Origin: Schaalia meyeri | GTDB taxonomy: Bacteria; Actinomycetota; Actinomycetes; Actinomycetales; Actinomycetaceae | Length of the DNA stretch: 32,000 nt | NCBI RefSeq assembly: GCF_900105015.1 | Contig: NZ_FNLK01000005.1 | Location: forward strand, 240,001 to 272,000 | Direction: 5' to 3' | Program-made: the position numbers and the translations under genes | The notes under the pieces: model-generated | Told to the model about the DNA's origin: nothing | The model's database searches: none | Seen by the model: only the letters and a program-made list of their open reading frames with translations | In this document: positions 8,378 to 15,949 of the stretch, in pieces | Layout of the letters: the number at the start of each line of letters is the position of its first letter | Numbering within the stretch: position 1 is the first letter of the stretch

Positions 8378-9561
8378 GCGATCGCGGCCTTGAGCTGCAT
8401 GGCGCGATTCGTTTCTTCCCAGGGGAACTGCTTACGACCGAAGTGCCCGTATGCGGCGGTATCACGGTAAATCGGGCGCAAAAGATCCAGATCCTCGATC
8501 ATGCCAAGCGGGCGCAGGTCGAACACCTCGCGAATTCCATCCGCGATGCGTCCGTCGGGGATGGTCGACGTCCCGAACGTGTCGACGTACAGCCCGATCG
8601 GGTGGGCACGGCCAATCGCGTAGGCAAGCTGGATCTCGCAGCGACGCGCAACGCCTGCTGCAACAACGTTCTTTGCGACCCAACGTGCCGCGTAGGTGGC
8701 GGAGCGGTCCACCTTGGAGGGGTCTTTTCCGGAGAATGCCCCGCCACCGTGACGCGCCATACCGCCATAGGTGTCGACGATAATCTTGCGTCCGGTGAGA
8801 CCCGCGTCCGCCGCCGGACCGCCCAGAACGAAACGGCCCGACGGGTTGATCAGCGTTTTCATGGCCCCCCGCGCAAGCGCAAGGTCGGATTCGTCAATGA
8901 CCGGATCGATCACGTGCGCGCGCACCGCATCGGCGATGGCGGACTGCGTGAGGGACTCGTCGTGCTGAGTCGACACGACAATCGTGTCGATGCCGACGGG
9001 GCGATCATTCTCGTAGGCGAGGGTGACCTGGGTCTTTCCGTCGGGGCGCAGACCTTCAACGATCCCCTGCTTGCGCACGTACGCCAGCCGCTTGGCCAGT
9101 CGGTGGGCGAGCCAGATGGGGGCTGGCATGAGATCCGGCGTGTCTGAAGAAGCGTAGCCGAACATGATTCCCTGATCGCCAGCACCCAAGCGGTCGCGCG
9201 GATCTGCGGACTGCGTGCCGCGCACTTCCAGCGCCTCGTTAACGCCGCCGGCGATGTCGGGGCTCTGCCCGTCAAGCGACACGGACACCCCGCACGAGGC
9301 CCCGTCGAAACCAACGCGCGATGAGTCGTATCCGATCGACAGGATTTCGCGGCGAACAATGTCGGGGATCTCGACGTATGCCTCGGTGGTCACCTCGCCG
9401 GCGACGTGAATGAGGCCCGTTGCGGCCATCGTTTCGACGGCGACGCGTGAACGAGGATCCACCTCAAGCAGAGCGTCAAGGATCGCATCGGAAATGCGGT
9501 CGCACACCTTATCGGGGTGTCCCTCGGTGACGGATTCGGAAGAGAAAAGCTGCTGACTCAC
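8374..9561 (-). CDS. metK: S-adenosylmethionine synthetase
   Basis: 395 aa. [25 protein letters not shown]..., [12 protein letters not shown] and [17 protein letters not shown] are canonical MetK motifs. The GTG start overlaps the coaBC stop. Confidence 0.95.
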   Translation of the reverse strand: MSQQLFSSESVTEGHPDKVCDRISDAILDALLEVDPRSRVAVETMAATGLIHVAGEVTTEAYVEIPDIVRREILSIGYDSSRVGFDGASCGVSVSLDGQSPDIAGGVNEALEVRGTQSADPRDRLGAGDQGIMFGYASSDTPDLMPAPIWLAHRLAKRLAYVRKQGIVEGLRPDGKTQVTLAYENDRPVGIDTIVVSTQHDESLTQSAIADAVRAHVIDPVIDESDLALARGAMKTLINPSGRFVLGGPAADAGLTGRKIIVDTYGGMARHGGGAFSGKDPSKVDRSATYAARWVAKNVVAAGVARRCEIQLAYAIGRAHPIGLYVDTFGTSTIPDGRIADGIREVFDLRPLGMIEDLDLLRPIYRDTAAYGHFGRKQFPWEETNRAMQLKAAIA

Positions 9562-10793
9562 CGCTTCAGGTTAGCAAGGAAAGTGGCCAACTGAGCGATC
9601 AGACCTGCGGCAATGTCATCCTTTGAGCCCGCGTAACGGTCCACGAGCGCTCCGCTGGCGTCGAGGAGGCGAATATCGTTGTGAACATTGCCGAATCCGA
9701 CGCGGTCCCCCACCCGGTTCACGGCGATGTAGTCCGCGCCTTTTCGGGTTGCCTTATCCGCGCCGAAAGCGATAATTTCTTCGTCCGTCCCGGTCTCGGC
9801 CGCGAAGCCGATCACCAGGGGCGGACGGATTGAGCTGTGCCCGACCTGCGCGAGTATGTCGGGGTTGCGGACCAGCCGCAGGGTCGGAGCGTCCTGCGTC
9901 GTCGGATCCTTCTTCATTTTCGAGGTCTGGGCCTGTTCGGGTCGAAAATCCGCGACGGCTGCCGCCATGATGAGCGCGTCGGCTCCACGCACCTGCTCCA
10001 TCGTCGCGTCGCGCATCTGGAGGGCGGTGCCCACCCGCGTCACCTCAACGCCATCTGGAAGCGTATTCGCGACTGAATCGTCGACGTTGGCCGTGATGGC
10101 GCGGACTCGCGCCCCGGCACGCGCAGCCGCGGCCGCAATGGCGAGGCCCTGGCGACCCGATGACCTGTTCCCCAGGAAGCGGACCGGATCGATCGGTTCG
10201 CGCGTTCCACCGGCCGTCACGACGACGGTCCTGCCTGCGAGGGGCAAAGGGGTTTGGGCGTCGCGATGCTGCTGCAGCACCGCCAGCGCTCGTCGTGCGA
10301 TGAGGACGGGGTCCGGTAGCCGACCAACCCCGCTGTCACCGGATCCGAGCGCACCGGCGTCGGGCTCGATGATGTGGACGCCGCGCTCGCGAAGCAGCCG
10401 GACGTTTTCCTGTGTGGCGGGGGCGAGCCACATGTTTGAGTGCATCGCGGGAGCAACAACAACGGGCGCGGCACAGGCCAGAACCGTCAGCGACACCATA
10501 TCGTCGGCGAATCCGCCGGCCAGACGCGCGAGCGTGTTGGCGGTCGCCGGCACCACGATAATGAGGTCGGCGATACGCGCGAGCTCCACGTGCTCGGCAC
10601 GCCCCTCCCCCGCGATATCGACGGCTACGGGGCGGGAGGTTATTCCCTCCCAGGTGGAGCGTCCCACGAAGTTCAGCGATGCCCGCGTTGCAGCCACATA
10701 CACGTCGTGGCCCGCGCGTTGGAACTCGCGGACCACGATCGGCGCTTTGAAGGCTGCGACGCCGCCGGTCACACCGACGACCACCGTCGCCAC
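9558..10793 (-). CDS. coaBC: bifunctional phosphopantothenoylcysteine decarboxylase / phosphopantothenate-cysteine ligase
   Basis: N-terminal flavoprotein domain ([15 protein letters not shown]..., PAMHSNMW) and C-terminal CoaB domain ([24 protein letters not shown]). The ORF-track start at 10844 overlaps rpoZ by 50 nt. An in-frame GTG at 10793, 1 nt after the rpoZ stop, is more likely. Confidence 0.9.
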   Translation of the reverse strand: MATVVVGVTGGVAAFKAPIVVREFQRAGHDVYVAATRASLNFVGRSTWEGITSRPVAVDIAGEGRAEHVELARIADLIIVVPATANTLARLAGGFADDMVSLTVLACAAPVVVAPAMHSNMWLAPATQENVRLLRERGVHIIEPDAGALGSGDSGVGRLPDPVLIARRALAVLQQHRDAQTPLPLAGRTVVVTAGGTREPIDPVRFLGNRSSGRQGLAIAAAAARAGARVRAITANVDDSVANTLPDGVEVTRVGTALQMRDATMEQVRGADALIMAAAVADFRPEQAQTSKMKKDPTTQDAPTLRLVRNPDILAQVGHSSIRPPLVIGFAAETGTDEEIIAFGADKATRKGADYIAVNRVGDRVGFGNVHNDIRLLDASGALVDRYAGSKDDIAAGLIAQLATFLANLKR

Positions 10794-10794
10794 G

Positions 10795-11061
10795 TCAGGC
10801 CTCGGGGTTAGCTTCGAGAGAGAGCATGCCCTCGTCGATCTCACGCAAAGACACGGCCAGGGGCTTCTCGTCAGGCTGTACGTCCACGACGGGCCCCACG
10901 TACTGGATCATGTTCTGCTGAAGCTGCAGGTTGTACGAATTGATCTGGCGGGCGCGCTTCGCCGCGAAAATTACCAGCGCGTACTTGGAATCGACGTGCT
11001 CCAGCAGATCATCAATGGGCGGGGACGTGATACCCACGGGCTGGGCAACAATTCCGGACAT
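10795..11061 (-). CDS. rpoZ: DNA-directed RNA polymerase subunit omega
   Basis: 88 aa. [34 protein letters not shown] is the RpoZ signature, and it has the conserved position after gmk. Confidence 0.9.
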   Translation of the reverse strand: MSGIVAQPVGITSPPIDDLLEHVDSKYALVIFAAKRARQINSYNLQLQQNMIQYVGPVVDVQPDEKPLAVSLREIDEGMLSLEANPEA

Positions 11062-11097
11062 GCGTGTCTTCCTCTCAGTGGCAGATTCAGGTTGATA

Positions 11098-11655
11098 CTA
11101 CTCCAGACCAATGAGCCGAGCCAGCTCATCCACCGTGCGGTCAATGTCGTCGTTGATCACAACGTGATCGAACTCGGAGGCGGCGCCCAGCTCGACGCGA
11201 GCGGTGGCGAGGCGGCGCTCTCTCTCCTCGGGGCCCTCCGTCCCGCGACCAACAAGCCGCCGCTCCAGTTCCTCCCAGGAGGGCGGAGCGAGAAAAATGA
11301 ACTGAGACTCCGGCCTGTTCTCACGCACCTGCCGGGCTCCCGCCAGGTCGATCTCCAGTAGCACCGGCACGCCAGCCTCAAGGGATTCGTCGACGGGGCC
11401 GCGAGGGGTGCCGTACCTGTTGCGCCCATGAACAAGCGCCCACTCCAACATGTCACCCCGCTGAACCATCGATTCGAATTCTCGCGGGGAAACAAAGAAG
11501 TAGTGGACGCCGTTCAGTTCACCGGGCCGAGGATCACGAGTCGTCGCCGACACCGAGACCTTGAGATTCGGATAGCGCTGGGTCAGCGCCGCGACGACGG
11601 TTCCCTTTCCGACGGCTGTTGGGCCGACAAGGACGGTCAGTTGAGCCTTGGACAC
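11098..11655 (-). CDS. gmk: guanylate kinase
   Basis: 185 aa. P-loop GPTAVGKGT, then SATTRDPRPGELNGVHYFFVS and the LEIDLAGARQV motifs. Confidence 0.9.
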   Translation of the reverse strand: MSKAQLTVLVGPTAVGKGTVVAALTQRYPNLKVSVSATTRDPRPGELNGVHYFFVSPREFESMVQRGDMLEWALVHGRNRYGTPRGPVDESLEAGVPVLLEIDLAGARQVRENRPESQFIFLAPPSWEELERRLVGRGTEGPEERERRLATARVELGAASEFDHVVINDDIDRTVDELARLIGLE

Positions 11656-11679
11656 GACGGTACGCCACGCTCGGGACGC

Positions 11680-11991
11680 TCAGCCGAAACGTTCGACGAG
11701 CGCCTTGCGTTGAACGGGGCCGAGGCCTCGCACGCGCCTACTCTGGGCGATCTTGTACTCGTCCATCAAGACTGCGGCCGTGTTCGTGCCGACGCGCGGC
11801 AGCGACTCAAGCAAAGAGACGACTTTCATCTTTGCCACGGCCTCGTCGGAATCGGCGAGTTCCAAAACCTCGGACAGATTCATCGAACGCGCCTTGAGCG
11901 CATTCTTGACTTCGGCGCGACGCCGACGCGCCTGAGTCGCCTTCTCGAGGGCCTGGGCCCTCTGTTCCGGCGTGAGATCAGGTAGTGCCAT
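11680..11991 (-). CDS. mihF: integration host factor MihF
   Basis: MALPDLTPEQRAQALEKATQARRRRAEVKNALK...RVRGLGPVQRKALVERFG is typical actinobacterial mIHF. The ATG at 11991 is preferred over the track start at 12000. GGAGGGG lies upstream. Confidence 0.85.
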   Translation of the reverse strand: MALPDLTPEQRAQALEKATQARRRRAEVKNALKARSMNLSEVLELADSDEAVAKMKVVSLLESLPRVGTNTAAVLMDEYKIAQSRRVRGLGPVQRKALVERFG

Positions 11992-12093
11992 TCTGATCAT
12001 CCCCTCCGTTGGAATCTTCAGTGAATTAACTATGTCACCAATCAGAGCATGATTGCCAGGCCAAACAGCTCATTCCTCCTTCACGTATACAGA

Positions 12094-12348
12094 CTATTGC
12101 AGCGAATCGACCACCGCACGGTAGGCCGCATGCAAGGGCGCTGCGTGCGGGTCGGAGTGCACGAATGCCCAAGGCGATGAGCCTCACACGGTACCCTTCG
12201 CTGCCGCAAAAACCTGCCTGACCTGCGCCGTACCCACTCCCCACGTGCCCACTCTTGGAGCCAAAACGGCACCTTCGCGGGCCAAAAGATTGACACCTAG
12301 TTGTCCGACCACGTTGCCGGCCGTCGCATCAACGACGCCCCTCGCAAA
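12094..12348 (-). pseudogene. pyrF: remnant of the 3' third of orotidine-5'-phosphate decarboxylase (type 2 pyrF), frameshifted and with a decayed active-site loop
   Basis: The minus-strand translation reads FARGVVDATAGNVVGQLGVNLLAREGAVLAPRVGTWGVGTAQVRQVFAAAKGTV*. After a frame change it reads ...DPHAAPLHAAYRAVVDSLQ*. This resembles the C-terminal GVVVGAT...VLxPGxGxQG... region of actinobacterial PyrF, with PGVGVQG decayed to PRVGTWG. It lies directly upstream of mihF, where pyrF sits in Mycobacterium. The similarity was judged by eye only. Confidence 0.4.
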
Positions 12349-12565
12349 TTAAAGATGGTATTCCTCACATCGGGCGTTGAATTCCGCCAATTGGGACGAG
12401 ACTCTGGCAGCGCAGCTTGTGTCATCCGAGCAGCGAGCGCGTTGAACGCAAGGCCCTGCAAGGGCTGGGGCTCAGTGCCAGGAAGAACACTCCCCACCCG
12501 CCTGTTGTGCACGCGAGAAAGCGGGCGTAAGCGCCCGGGTCCCGGGCATAGAGCCGGCTTCTCAT

Positions 12566-13129
12566 CTACCAGCCTTTCCCCAAAAGCACGCCGTCGCGCC
12601 CATCTGTTTCGTCGAGCAAGATGGTGACGATCTCATCGCGCGAAGTCGGCAGGTTCTTTCCAACGTAGTCCGCTCGAATCGGAAGCTCCCGATGACCGCG
12701 GTCCACCAAGACCGCTAACTGGACGGCTGCGGGGCGACCAATCCGGGTCAGCGCGTCCAGCGCTGCTTTGATGGTGCGTCCCGTGTAGAGGACGTCATCA
12801 ACGAGGACGACGGTCTTTGCATTGATGCCGGTTGCCGGAATCAACGTCTCTTTCGGAGTGCGCAGCGGCTGGCTGGCCAGGTCATCGCGAAACAGTGTGG
12901 TGTCGATGATGGCCAGCTCCGCGTAGGTGCCGGACGCTTCCCGGATTCTGTTGACGAGCCTGCGAGCCAGCGTTGCGCCACGAGTGGGAATGCCTGCGAT
13001 GACGAGGTCCTCGCTGCCTCCATTGCGTTCAACGATCTCGTGGGCGATCCGCGTGAGGGAGCGTGTTATGTCGCCGACTCCCAGTACTTCTTTGCCGCGC
13101 TGAGCGCGATCAGTGTGCAGTAGTGCCAC
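12566..13129 (-). CDS. pyrR: bifunctional pyr operon regulator / uracil phosphoribosyltransferase PyrR
   Basis: 187 aa with a GTG start preceded by GGAAGGAG. It carries the PRPP-binding motif VVLVDDVLYTGRTIKAAL and a typical PyrR N-terminus (ITRSLTRIAHEIVERN). Confidence 0.9.
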   Translation of the reverse strand: MALLHTDRAQRGKEVLGVGDITRSLTRIAHEIVERNGGSEDLVIAGIPTRGATLARRLVNRIREASGTYAELAIIDTTLFRDDLASQPLRTPKETLIPATGINAKTVVLVDDVLYTGRTIKAALDALTRIGRPAAVQLAVLVDRGHRELPIRADYVGKNLPTSRDEIVTILLDETDGRDGVLLGKGW

Positions 13130-13140
13130 TGCCTACTCCT

Positions 13141-13159
13141 TCCCCGCCTCACGGGACGG
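13141..13159 (-). promoter_or_regulatory. candidate PyrR-binding RNA hairpin just upstream of the pyrR Shine-Dalgarno
   Basis: The minus strand reads CCGTCCCGTGAGGCGGGGAAGGAG. A small CCCG/CGGG stem presents a UGAGG loop, reminiscent of the GUCCAGAGAGGC PyrR binding loop, and it abuts the SD of pyrR. This matches the translational autoregulation reported in mycobacteria. The match is weak and was made by eye. Confidence 0.3.
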
Positions 13160-13200
13160 TTATTAAAGGATCGTATTTCCTCCATGATACGCGCTACCTG

Positions 13201-13478
13201 TTAGCGGACCGCGGCCATCAGGCGCGCCACCGGGGAAGCGTGCACGTTGGGCGTGCCCAGCAGGATGGAACCCTGATAGCGAACGTCCAGTGGCGTGCCG
13301 TCCAGGCGCGTGGCTATCTTCTCTTCAATGGCGCGATCAACGGACGTGACGAGGTCGTTTCGATGTGACTTCATCTGCGTGTCCAGCGCAAGGTGAGGGT
13401 TCGTGCGATCGCCATTCCTTCTTTACTCGCGCTCATGGCGGCAAAAAGAAGCTGCACGCGGTCGTCATAGTTGCTCAT
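13201..13478 (-). pseudogene. inositol-monophosphatase (IMPase/SuhB/HisN) family remnant: N-terminal piece fused to a C-terminal tail, frameshifted
   Basis: The ATG at 13478 gives MSNYDDRVQLLFAAMSASKEGMAIARTLTLRWTRR*. After a frame change it reads KSHRNDLVTSVDRAIEEKIATRLDGTPLDV-RYQGSILLGTPNVHASPVARLMAAVR*. K-x4-DLVTxVDRxxEExI is the IMPase N-terminal signature. The central catalytic portion, about 200 aa, is missing. Confidence 0.45.
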
Positions 13479-13943
13479 GCTTCATCCTTCGTTGCACTAA
13501 ATTCGCGGTCAGCGCGCAGGCTGCGTTCTTTAAAGAGAACCGCCAGAAGAACCAGGCAGGCTAGACCCACGTTCGCTAAGGCGAAGAGCTCCGTAACGGC
13601 CGAGGATCATCCGCGCAAGTGCCCTCTCAGGATCGTCACCCCCGTCAGGGGCTATTACCACGTGAGCACAAAGCCCAATGAGAATCAAGGCGACACCGGA
13701 GGCGAGCAGCAGAGCCAAGACGATCGTCTTTGTGTTCTTGCCATCGATGAAGAAACCGAGAACGAGTCCTCTGAATCCGTACGTGAGCGAGAAGGCGAAT
13801 CAGATGGCTCCGAGCTGGGTCGTCGTCAGCCCTACCTGATCGACGGGGAACGGCTGGGCGGACTTGAAGTTTGTGCGAGGCAGATAGAAGCCGCCGTAGA
13901 CAACGGCGAGGACGGCGTGAGTCGCCAGAAGCTGCGCCAGCCA
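13475..13943 (-). pseudogene. organophosphate:Pi antiporter (GlpT/UhpC-like MFS) remnant with an in-frame TGA, internal deletion and frame change
   Basis: The minus-strand translation reads WLAQLLATHAVLAVVYGGFYLPRTNFKSAQPFPVDQVGLTTTQLGAI*FAFSLTYGFRGLVLGFFIDGKNTKTIVLALLLASGVALILIGL.... It parallels the GlpT N-terminus (YYLVRKNFALAMPYL...[29 protein letters not shown]). There is an in-frame TGA at 13800-13802. Only about 110 N-terminal codons and, in another frame, a C-terminal tail (ELFALANVGLACLVLLAVLFKERSL...DEA*) survive. Its stop overlaps the ATG of the IMPase remnant (ATGA). Confidence 0.55.
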
Positions 13944-13946
13944 TTG

Positions 13947-13986
13947 ATACCCCGTATGGGTATATACATATACCCATACGGGGTAT
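13947..13986. repeat. 40-nt AT-rich near-perfect palindrome (19-nt arms, 2-nt centre) containing two ATACCC-N5-GGGTAT boxes
   Basis: ATACCCCGTATGGGTATAT-AC-ATATACCCATACGGGGTAT. The arms 13947-13965 and 13968-13986 are exact reverse complements. Each arm is itself an ATACCC/GGGTAT inverted repeat. It lies immediately upstream of the decayed MFS gene. Confidence 0.9.
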
Positions 13987-14125
13987 GCTGCTATCGATAC
14001 GGATTACGAGCCGATGATCGATGCGACGGATTTCCCACCGCATTCGTGAGGCACGGGCCAGCTACGGATGGGCCACGGTACTGGGGCGAAAACTAGGTGA
14101 GCCTCACTTGGTCCCAGCACGGGCA

Positions 14126-14182
14126 CGAAAAACGCGCAGTAGTGGCCGCCACGCATTTGCGTGGCGGCCACTACTGCGCGTT
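14126..14182 (-). terminator. Rho-independent terminator of the efp-nusB transcript
   Basis: A perfect 25-nt inverted repeat AACGCGCAGTAGTGGCCGCCACGCA (14131-14155 / 14158-14182) with a 2-nt centre. On the minus strand it is followed by TTTTTC. It begins 14 nt after the nusB stop codon. Confidence 0.8.
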
Positions 14183-14195
14183 AGGCTACGCGGTC

Positions 14196-14837
14196 CTAGT
14201 ATTCTTGAAGCAGCTCGTCTAACTCGTCCTCAACGCTTACTCCATTGAGCGGCGTGGCGCCCGCGGGTAACGATCGAGCAGGTGCCTCCTGAACGGGTCG
14301 AGGATCGGTGCGCGCAGGTTCAACCGCACCTTCTTCGCCTCGGCAATCACCATCGGATGAGGTCGCGCCATCTGAGGCGTCCCTGCGCGACCACGCCGGG
14401 CAAGCGAGATCCTTGCGGATGGCGTCCAGGACCGCGTTGACGAAGGAAGGCGACGTGTCGGTCGAGATGGAACGTACGATCGAAATGGCCTCGTCGATAA
14501 CGATGATCGGCGAAACTTCTTCGTTTTCCAGCATCTCCCAAACCGCCACGCGCATCACCGCAAGATCGACGGCGGCGATTCGGTCCAGGCCGGGCACGCG
14601 CGCGTGGGCCGAGATCAGCGAGTCAACGCGACGCAGATTATCCGCCACTCCCCCTATGATCTGGATGGAAAACTCCGGCAGCGGAGTCTGGGCAGCGGTA
14701 ACGACGCGACGCTCGCGCAAAAGATCGCGCAGCACGTCGGGATTGGATCCCATGCCGCGCTGATCGGCCTCGTAAACGACGTCGGCCGCACGCTTACGCG
14801 CCTTCGTACGCGAGGTGAAGCGGTGCTGCTTCGACAT
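14196..14837 (-). CDS. nusB: transcription antitermination factor NusB with an extra C-terminal extension of about 60 aa
   Basis: RTKARKRAADVVYEADQRG...VDLAVMRVAVWEMLE...VIDEAISIVRSIS...FVNAVLDAI is the NusB core. The tail (…SDGDCRGEEGAVEP…SVEDELDELLQEY) is low-complexity and acidic. Confidence 0.9.
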   Translation of the reverse strand: MSKQHRFTSRTKARKRAADVVYEADQRGMGSNPDVLRDLLRERRVVTAAQTPLPEFSIQIIGGVADNLRRVDSLISAHARVPGLDRIAAVDLAVMRVAVWEMLENEEVSPIIVIDEAISIVRSISTDTSPSFVNAVLDAIRKDLACPAWSRRDASDGATSSDGDCRGEEGAVEPARTDPRPVQEAPARSLPAGATPLNGVSVEDELDELLQEY

Positions 14838-15400
14838 TACTCGTTCACGCGACCCGAGTACGAGCCATCGCGGGTGTCGACCTTCACTCGGGTACCTTCC
14901 TCCATGAAGAGGGGAACCTGGATCTCGTAGCCGGTCTCAAGCGTTGCGGGCTTCGTTCCAGCGGAGGAGCGATCGCCCTGCAGTCCGGGTTCTGTGTGCG
15001 TGATAGTGAGAACAACGGTGGCGGGCAGCTCGATGAAGAGGACGGTGCCGTCGTGCTGGGAGACGATGACGTCCTGGTTGTCCACCATGAAGTTTCGGGC
15101 ATCGCCCACGATCTCGGCAGGAACGTTGATCTGCTCGTAGGTGGACTGGTCCATGAACACGTAATCCGTGCCATCCTGGTACAGGTAGGTCATGTCGCGA
15201 CGATCGACGGTCGCGGTTTCGATCTTTAGACCGGCGTTGAAAGTCTTATCGACGGTCTTTCCCGACAAAATGTTTTTGATCTTGGTGCGCACGAAGGCCG
15301 GGCCCTTACCGGGCTTGACGTGCTGGAACTCGACAACCTGCCAGAGCTGACCGTCGATCACCATAACCAGGCCGTTCTTCAGATCATTTGTCGTTGCCAC
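14837..15400 (-). CDS. efp: elongation factor P
   Basis: 187 aa. [43 protein letters not shown] is the canonical EF-P N-terminus. Confidence 0.95.
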   Translation of the reverse strand: MATTNDLKNGLVMVIDGQLWQVVEFQHVKPGKGPAFVRTKIKNILSGKTVDKTFNAGLKIETATVDRRDMTYLYQDGTDYVFMDQSTYEQINVPAEIVGDARNFMVDNQDVIVSQHDGTVLFIELPATVVLTITHTEPGLQGDRSSAGTKPATLETGYEIQVPLFMEEGTRVKVDTRDGSYSGRVNE

Positions 15401-15424
15401 AGGGGTACCTCACTCGTAAAGGAA

Positions 15425-15949
15425 TCAGTAATCAGGGGTCAGTCTACACGCGCGAGCCACACAATCCGCGACTTCTCGCGGGGTCAGGGCACTCGTATCC
15501 ACTGTTGCATCGGCCACGGACTGGTACGCGTCACGGGCCTGCGCCATCAGCTGGGCCAGCATCGCTCGGGGGGCACCCAACCCAACCGAACGCGGAGCGC
15601 CAAGACCTTGTCGGTGAGATACCGCTGAAAGGTCGGCTTTCAGCTCGACGACAATCGCACCGCGGTGACGCGCGTTTTGGATGGCCGAGGCCGTGGCGGG
15701 GTCAAGCGGCTGCGAGGCGCCGAGGGTGACAACGCCCTCCTTGCGCTCCAGGGCGCGTTCGGCCTCTTCTCGGGCAACATCCGCCAGTCGGCTATCTCGT
15801 CCCACGACGAGGGAACGCATGTTCGCTCGAAGACGTTCTTCGACCGCGCAATCGACCTCGTGCAGCGAGAGGTGATGCAACTCGGCCAGCACCCTGCCGA
15901 CGGTCGTCTTTCCGGAGCCCGTAACCCCGATGAGGACGATCAGACTCAT
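15425..15949 (-). CDS. divergent shikimate-kinase-like P-loop protein (paralog of aroK)
   Basis: 174 aa. The Walker A IVLIGVTGSGKTTVGRVLA aligns with the neighbouring AroK (IVLVGLPGAGKSTVGRVLA). The shikimate-site motifs differ: IDTDD becomes EVDCA, and SLGGGA becomes TLGASQ. The ATGA start overlaps the aroB stop (15946-15949). Confidence 0.6.
   Translation of the reverse strand: MSLIVLIGVTGSGKTTVGRVLAELHHLSLHEVDCAVEERLRANMRSLVVGRDSRLADVAREEAERALERKEGVVTLGASQPLDPATASAIQNARHRGAIVVELKADLSAVSHRQGLGAPRSVGLGAPRAMLAQLMAQARDAYQSVADATVDTSALTPREVADCVARACRLTPDY

Noticed and set aside
12035-12073. A 12-codon mini-ORF (MSCLAWQSCSDW) preceded by a perfect AGGAGG, upstream of mihF; considered as a possible leader peptide.
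   Set aside because: The SD is only 1 nt from the ATG, which is too close to function. The stretch lies just past the pyrF remnant, and there is no associated attenuator structure.
13365-14096. Track ORFs 13365-14096 (+, 243 aa) and 13645-14043 (-, 132 aa), which span the palindrome and the pyrR-nusB gap.
   Set aside because: Their translations are low-complexity and Arg-rich, and they read through the palindrome. The same DNA in other frames gives clear MFS and IMPase fragments, so these are chance ORFs over pseudogene debris.
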